Positions 59,884-64,000 of a DNA stretch of 64,000 nucleotides are shown in pieces. The first letter of the stretch is position 1. Each line of letters opens with the position of its first letter. The stretch lies in the IMG/VR virus record IMGVR_UViG_3300035429_000180; one strand, given 5' to 3'. The stretch comes from an uncultured virus (IMG/VR IMGVR_UViG_3300035429_000180). Taxonomy: Duplodnaviria > Heunggongvirae > Uroviricota > Caudoviricetes. The notes beneath the pieces are model-generated. The model saw only the letters and a list, made by a program, of their open reading frames with translations, was not told the origin of the DNA and ran no database searches. The translations under genes were made by a program, and so were the position numbers.

Positions 59884-59964
59884 TGTGAACGGAGCAGGAT
59901 TCGAACCTGCAACCACCGGCTTTCGTTAACCGGCCTCTATCCGATTGAGTTTATATATCCGTCC
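59884..59964 (-). tRNA. Degenerate tRNA (pseudo; 8-nt anticodon loop TAACGAAA)
   Basis: GGACGGA/TCCGTTC acceptor, CTC..GAG D stem, CCGGT/GCCGG stem, GCAGG-TTCGAAT-CCTGC. Confidence 0.6.
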
Positions 59965-59971
59965 GGGGTGA

Positions 59972-60235
59972 CTACCTGAAATAGTCTTGTTTGGTATCTT
60001 TGAGCCGTTGAAGTTCCGAAACCTTGTACTCCAACTTTCGTGTGCGCTTACAAGGCTCGATTTTTCCTGTATCTCGCCACCGCTCAACGTTTGATCGACC
60101 GAAGCGGCGAAACGCCTCATTTTGGCAGATGTATTCCGGCTCGTCCTTTTTGCGTATCCTTTCGGCAAGAGCGTCGGCAAGGTCGTTGAGGAACACTGCG
60201 TAAGGCACGACTCTGTCGCTAAACTGAATTGTCAT
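59972..60235 (-). CDS. Excisionase-like winged-HTH protein
   Basis: 'YICQNEAFRRFGRSNVERWRDTG..Y..SEL'. Confidence 0.6.
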   Translation of the reverse strand: MTIQFSDRVVPYAVFLNDLADALAERIRKKDEPEYICQNEAFRRFGRSNVERWRDTGKIEPCKRTRKLEYKVSELQRLKDTKQDYFR

Positions 60236-60376
60236 AGTCGTATTTCTTTTTGGTAATTATCCATTTCAGGCCGGTGACCGTCTGCAACTGTGCTTTAATC
60301 TTCTTGGCTTTGGCAAGAGTATCAGCCCATGCTTCCGAGCGATTGCCACGGCCAACCGGCCTGATAAAATACCGTA

Positions 60377-60604
60377 TCATGATTTTGAGAGTTTGACTTT
60401 GGCGTTGTGTTCGCGCAGCTCTTTTATCGACGCACGGAAAAACAGGCGATAGCCACTGACATATCCGCTGATTGCGAAGCACACAGCGCAGAAGATTTGA
60501 CCTGCGAACAGGCTGCGGAGGGTGTATGATACTCCGAACATTATAACCAGCACGGAGAAGATCACCTGACCGACGTAGAAATTTCTTGCTAATCGTTGAT
60601 ACAT
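60377..60604 (-). CDS. Small 2-TM membrane protein
   Basis: 75 aa, two hydrophobic segments. Confidence 0.6.
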   Translation of the reverse strand: MYQRLARNFYVGQVIFSVLVIMFGVSYTLRSLFAGQIFCAVCFAISGYVSGYRLFFRASIKELREHNAKVKLSKS

Positions 60605-60615
60605 AGCTGTGAAAT

Positions 60616-60849
60616 TTAATAGGGTTCAACTCCTGCGGCGATAAACGCTGCTTCTTCATCGACCGAGCCACACCAAGTATCGAGATACTCATTGGTTGCC
60701 TGATAGGTGTTGTCGTTGTGGGCATAGCCACGAGCGGCGCAAAATGCCGCCCACGATATTTTGGCACGTTGCTCGTCAAGAGTGGCCTGTTGAGACTTGC
60801 AGCCGGTGAGGGCGGCGAGGATTGCTAGAGTGAGAATTATTTTCTTCAT
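60616..60849 (-). CDS. Small lipoprotein
   Basis: MKKIILTLAILAALTG-C lipobox. Confidence 0.75.
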   Translation of the reverse strand: MKKIILTLAILAALTGCKSQQATLDEQRAKISWAAFCAARGYAHNDNTYQATNEYLDTWCGSVDEEAAFIAAGVEPY

Positions 60850-60862
60850 GTCGTTTAGGTAT

Positions 60863-61183
60863 TTAGATTATCACTGCGTCTTCTCCCTCAAACCATTGGT
60901 CATAGCCTTCTGCATAGCAGTAACCGGCGAGTGAAGAAAGTAAATCCCATGCCATTTCGTTAATCTTCTCGTCATCGTCGCTGACATAAGTGTCGCGGTG
61001 GTCGTCGTCCTTATACTCGACAACTACATTGGCTGTGAGAGCCTGTTTGAAGTGTTCACGGCCGGCCGGTGTGAGTTTGACAGGGGGACACACGGCAATT
61101 GAGTCTATGCCGTCTACGCAAACATCGCGGTCGTGGCCGATGATGTTAATTGCGTGCAGGAGTTCTTCTAATGTTACGTTCAT
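60863..61183 (-). CDS. Hypothetical acidic protein
   Basis: 106-aa ORF just after cro-like gene. Confidence 0.7.
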   Translation of the reverse strand: MNVTLEELLHAINIIGHDRDVCVDGIDSIAVCPPVKLTPAGREHFKQALTANVVVEYKDDDHRDTYVSDDDEKINEMAWDLLSSLAGYCYAEGYDQWFEGEDAVII

Positions 61184-61210
61184 GTTTAGGTGGGTTAAGG
61201 ATTATCCAAT

Positions 61211-61447
61211 TTATTTTGACTGTGGGAATAATTCAGACGCCGTTGTCTTGAAATGATTGGCAAGAACTTCTTGAGTGAGTGCATCCGGAACACAGCTTGT
61301 ATTACCATCTGCAAGCCATCTGCGCACAGCGATCTCACTTTTCTTAGTAACTTGCGCTACTTCCTTGATGAAAGCAACTGCGGGCGTGTCTGGCTTTTTG
61401 GGGCGTTCTGCCGATTTCGCCTTTGTATACATTTCCTTAAGTGTCAT
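61211..61447 (-). CDS. Cro-like HTH regulator
   Basis: 78 aa; HTH 'VAQVTKKSEIAVRRW', ends ELFP; divergent from cI. Confidence 0.75.
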   Translation of the reverse strand: MTLKEMYTKAKSAERPKKPDTPAVAFIKEVAQVTKKSEIAVRRWLADGNTSCVPDALTQEVLANHFKTTASELFPQSK

Positions 61448-61453
61448 ATTTCT

Positions 61454-61547
61454 ATTGCTTTATTAATATTTTATGGTTATATTTGCGACATCAAAACTGC
61501 TATCACGCTGCAAAGATAATATCATATTACATTATATGCAATATGAT
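61454..61547. promoter_or_regulatory. Lysis-lysogeny switch: face-to-face promoters and palindromic operator candidate
   Basis: ATTG-N20-TATATTTG (+, 61454-61485); ATTG-N20-TATCTTTG (-, 61542-61511); ATCATATT..AATATGAT palindrome 61521-61547. Confidence 0.6.
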
Positions 61548-61574
61548 TCTAATATAATAACATAGTTTAACAAT

Positions 61575-62267
61575 ATGATATTACAAGATAGAATTAAAAC
61601 TTTAGTAGAATACTCTGGTTTAACTATACCAAAGTTCTCTGCTTATGTGGGTTTTAAAACTCCTCAAGCAGTTCGAGAATTAATCAAAGGAAATACAAAG
61701 ACTCTTTCTGATTCAGCAATCCATAAAATTATAATTGCTTATCCAGAAATTTCAGAGGATTGGCTTCTCACCGGTGAGGGCGAAATGCTCAAGCCAAATT
61801 TCAAGGTTGACGAAATTGAAATCCCAACAAAAGAGGAGTTGAAGCAAGTTTTGGTCAAGGGATATTGGGTGCCGCTCATTCCGACGGAAGCTCTCGCCAA
61901 TTCCCTGGCAGAATATATTGGACCCGGAGTTCGTCGAACCGACTGTCAAAATATTATTTCACCTGTACCGGGAGCGGAATTTGCAATCACGATCAGTGGC
62001 GACTCAATGGAGCCTAAATTTCATGACGGCATGGTTGTGTTCCTGAAAAAAATTAATGACGCTGCATTTATCCCTTGGGGAAATACACTTGTGCTTGACA
62101 CCGAAAACGGTGCTTTCATCAAAGATGTATTCCCTGTAAAGGACAACGAGTCATTGATCGAGGCCCGAAGCCTCAATACTATATACCCACCCCTAATCAT
62201 CCCGAAATCATCTATCTATGGGATGTACCGTGTGCTTAATGCAACCAAGTTTTTCACAACAATGTAA
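61575..62267 (+). CDS. CI-like repressor (HTH + S24 peptidase)
   Basis: WLLTGEGEM, ISGDSMEP, FIK, SLN..Y. Confidence 0.9.
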   Translation: MILQDRIKTLVEYSGLTIPKFSAYVGFKTPQAVRELIKGNTKTLSDSAIHKIIIAYPEISEDWLLTGEGEMLKPNFKVDEIEIPTKEELKQVLVKGYWVPLIPTEALANSLAEYIGPGVRRTDCQNIISPVPGAEFAITISGDSMEPKFHDGMVVFLKKINDAAFIPWGNTLVLDTENGAFIKDVFPVKDNESLIEARSLNTIYPPLIIPKSSIYGMYRVLNATKFFTTM

Positions 62268-62326
62268 TCTGTCGTTAACAGAAACAACGAGAAGAAAAAT
62301 AGCAAATTGTTAAACTTTTTGAGAAA

Positions 62327-62716
62327 TTGCTAATGGCTCAGCATAAGGCATTATTAGAAAAAGCAGCCTATTGTATAATGGGATTATCCATTATTTTATT
62401 CTTTTGTGGAATTCTCTTTTTCGAGAGCCAAAGTCAATGGGATTGTGATAGAATCTCTTTGCTAATGACTGACGCTATTGCTTTCTATGTTATCCTCGCG
62501 AGCTTCTGTGGTATGGGGGCTTTAATGAGCGGTAATAATGGCCATTATCACTTATCATTTATCTGCTCGATTATACCAACAGTTATGTCATGCTGTTTTA
62601 TGCTTTTTGGTATTGCGAGTAGTAACAATGCCATTTCATGGGCCTTTATGTTTTTCTCTTCTTTAGGTATATATCCTATTCTGTTTATAGACAAAAAAAT
62701 GACGCATTATAAATGA
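62327..62716 (+). CDS. 4-TM membrane protein in the lysogenic operon
   Basis: Four hydrophobic segments, AT-rich. Confidence 0.65.
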   Translation: MLMAQHKALLEKAAYCIMGLSIILFFCGILFFESQSQWDCDRISLLMTDAIAFYVILASFCGMGALMSGNNGHYHLSFICSIIPTVMSCCFMLFGIASSNNAISWAFMFFSSLGIYPILFIDKKMTHYK

Positions 62717-63030
62717 ACCTCCAATTGATAAAGCAATATGGGGAACACTACCCCGGAGGACTGCGGAAGCTCGCGGTTGATGCCGGCATGTCTGAAGGTA
62801 ACCTCCATCGTTGCATTAGAAACAATAAAATCCAAGCAAACGATTTAGAGGCCATCTCGCGGCTTTTAAATGTTGAGGTGAAGATTTTCTTTACCGACGC
62901 CGCAAAAGCGAAAGAAACGGAAGAAAACGTGCTTTTCGGCGATATTTCGTGGCTACATGAAAAGATTGCTTTACTTGAACAACGAATTAAAGACAAAGAC
63001 GAACTAATTAAAATCCTGAAAGGAGCATGA
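62713..63030 (+). CDS. XRE-family HTH protein with C-terminal coiled coil
   Basis: LRKLA..AGMSEGNLHR..LEAISRLLNV..FF. Confidence 0.75.
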   Translation: MNLQLIKQYGEHYPGGLRKLAVDAGMSEGNLHRCIRNNKIQANDLEAISRLLNVEVKIFFTDAAKAKETEENVLFGDISWLHEKIALLEQRIKDKDELIKILKGA

Positions 63031-63347
63031 ATTTGTTATATGGCTTGTGTGCGCTCGTTGTCGGCGCAGTCTTATATTGGCTCTATCTAACAGCAAAGGC
63101 CTTGAAAGACCCGGATGTTCAAATAGCTTCCAATTTGCGAATGAGTATCAAGCGTTATAGACACTATCAGCGTCTATATGACGAATACCAAGCTTTTATG
63201 CTCGAACACGGAGCGCACAGCCAAGCATCCGAGAAGAAATTTTTAGAAATATTCAAGCAAATAGATAACCCCAACGAATGGCGACGTTACCAAGCCTATC
63301 GTGAAGAAAAACAAAGAGAAGAATATAAAAATGAGCTCTATAAGTAA
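63027..63347 (+). CDS. Membrane-anchored hypothetical protein
   Basis: N-terminal TM, 106 aa. Confidence 0.7.
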   Translation: MNLLYGLCALVVGAVLYWLYLTAKALKDPDVQIASNLRMSIKRYRHYQRLYDEYQAFMLEHGAHSQASEKKFLEIFKQIDNPNEWRRYQAYREEKQREEYKNELYK

Positions 63348-63444
63348 GTTTCCCAACTTTGGGCAAGTGACTGATAACGCGATAATTCGATTAGCGGCGC
63401 AGGCAGCGATAGAGGACTAATCCTCCATTGATATAACTACTTAT

Positions 63445-63487
63445 TTCAGGCTGTAATCTACCGATTAAAAGGTGATTACAGCCTGAA
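63445..63487. terminator. 14-bp inverted repeat (terminator/att-associated hairpin)
   Basis: TTCAGGCTGTAATC...GATTACAGCCTGAA. Confidence 0.65.
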
Positions 63488-63544
63488 TTGCACTTAGGCG
63501 GTTCGTACACTTGACCGCAAAAAACGAGTCAAATGCTCAATTCT

Positions 63545-63618
63545 GCTTACACCACGCTTACACCAAATCACCCCTCCGCTTACACCTGCTTACACCATGT
63601 TTACACCATGTTTACACC
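63545..63618 (+). repeat. Six copies of G(C/T)TTACACC at 10/11/22-bp spacing (integrase arm-type site candidates)
   Basis: Starts at 63545, 63556, 63578, 63588, 63599, 63610. Confidence 0.85.
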
Positions 63619-63636
63619 TCGCAAAATCAGTTAATT

Positions 63637-64000
63637 ATGACGACACTGAAAGCAGTCGTGAGAAAGGCCCGGTCAGATGGCTTTTTTCCAGTGTACATAC
63701 GAGTTGTACACAACAGGAAACCCGGCTACATCAAGACAAATAAGATTGTTGATGCAGCCCACATCACAAAGACAGGAGATATAACAGATCCTGTGGTTAA
63801 TGAGCATTGCTCATATATCATACGAGAGTATAGCGACCGTCTGAATCGTACAGATGTCTCATTGTGGGACATCAAGGAAGTAATAGACCATCTCACCACG
63901 ATTGATGAAGAGGTCTTATTCAGTAACTATGCGCGTAGTCATATCTCGCGGATGGAGAAAAACGGTCATGCCCGTACAGCAAAGAACTATATGTATGCTG
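63637..64000 (+). CDS. int: Second tyrosine integrase, 5' part (runs off the window)
   Basis: MTTLKAVVRKARSDGFFPVYIRVVHNRKPGYIKT..., clearly paralogous to ORF 1..1476. Confidence 0.85.
   Translation, partial: MTTLKAVVRKARSDGFFPVYIRVVHNRKPGYIKTNKIVDAAHITKTGDITDPVVNEHCSYIIREYSDRLNRTDVSLWDIKEVIDHLTTIDEEVLFSNYARSHISRMEKNGHARTAKNYMYA

Noticed and set aside
59250..59964. Functional decoding tRNAs with assignable anticodons
   Set aside because: None has a canonical 7-nt anticodon loop on a clean 5-bp stem.

Overview
Essentially a whole temperate Bacteroidales (Bacteroidota) tailed-phage genome or prophage of about 64 kb. No tape-measure, sheath or tube gene is recognisable, so the layout looks podovirus-like. 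Gene order: tyrosine integrase; non-coding repeat/palindrome block; small-terminase-like gene; ejection proteins, including a 5319-aa polyvalent protein (ParB-like, PPase-like, N6-MTase, Strawberry-notch helicase, metallopeptidase, LPD38-like); portal; an inverted cassette with terminase, a rhomboid intramembrane protease and a putative regulator; scaffold; a major capsid protein with a signal/TM-like N-terminus; a 2781-aa receptor-binding protein; a diversity-generating retroelement (DGR); lysis genes; adaptor/nozzle genes; a leftward early replication/recombination module with three degenerate tRNA-like elements; a cro/cI switch; an att-like region; and the 5' part of a second, paralogous integrase. 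Highlights: (1) one DGR template diversifies two unrelated genes, the adjacent tail protein and a small cytoplasmic early protein 12.4 kb away on the opposite strand, and all 17 TR/VR mismatches are at TR adenines; (2) a phage rhomboid protease co-occurs with a capsid protein carrying a membrane-anchor-like leader and no recognisable prohead protease, suggesting rhomboid-dependent head maturation (hypothesis); (3) six late-gene promoters share a fixed-spacing motif, gttaaAGTTAAc-N23-TAnnTTYG, that replaces the -33 element. All functional calls come from motif recognition by eye; no database search was run.
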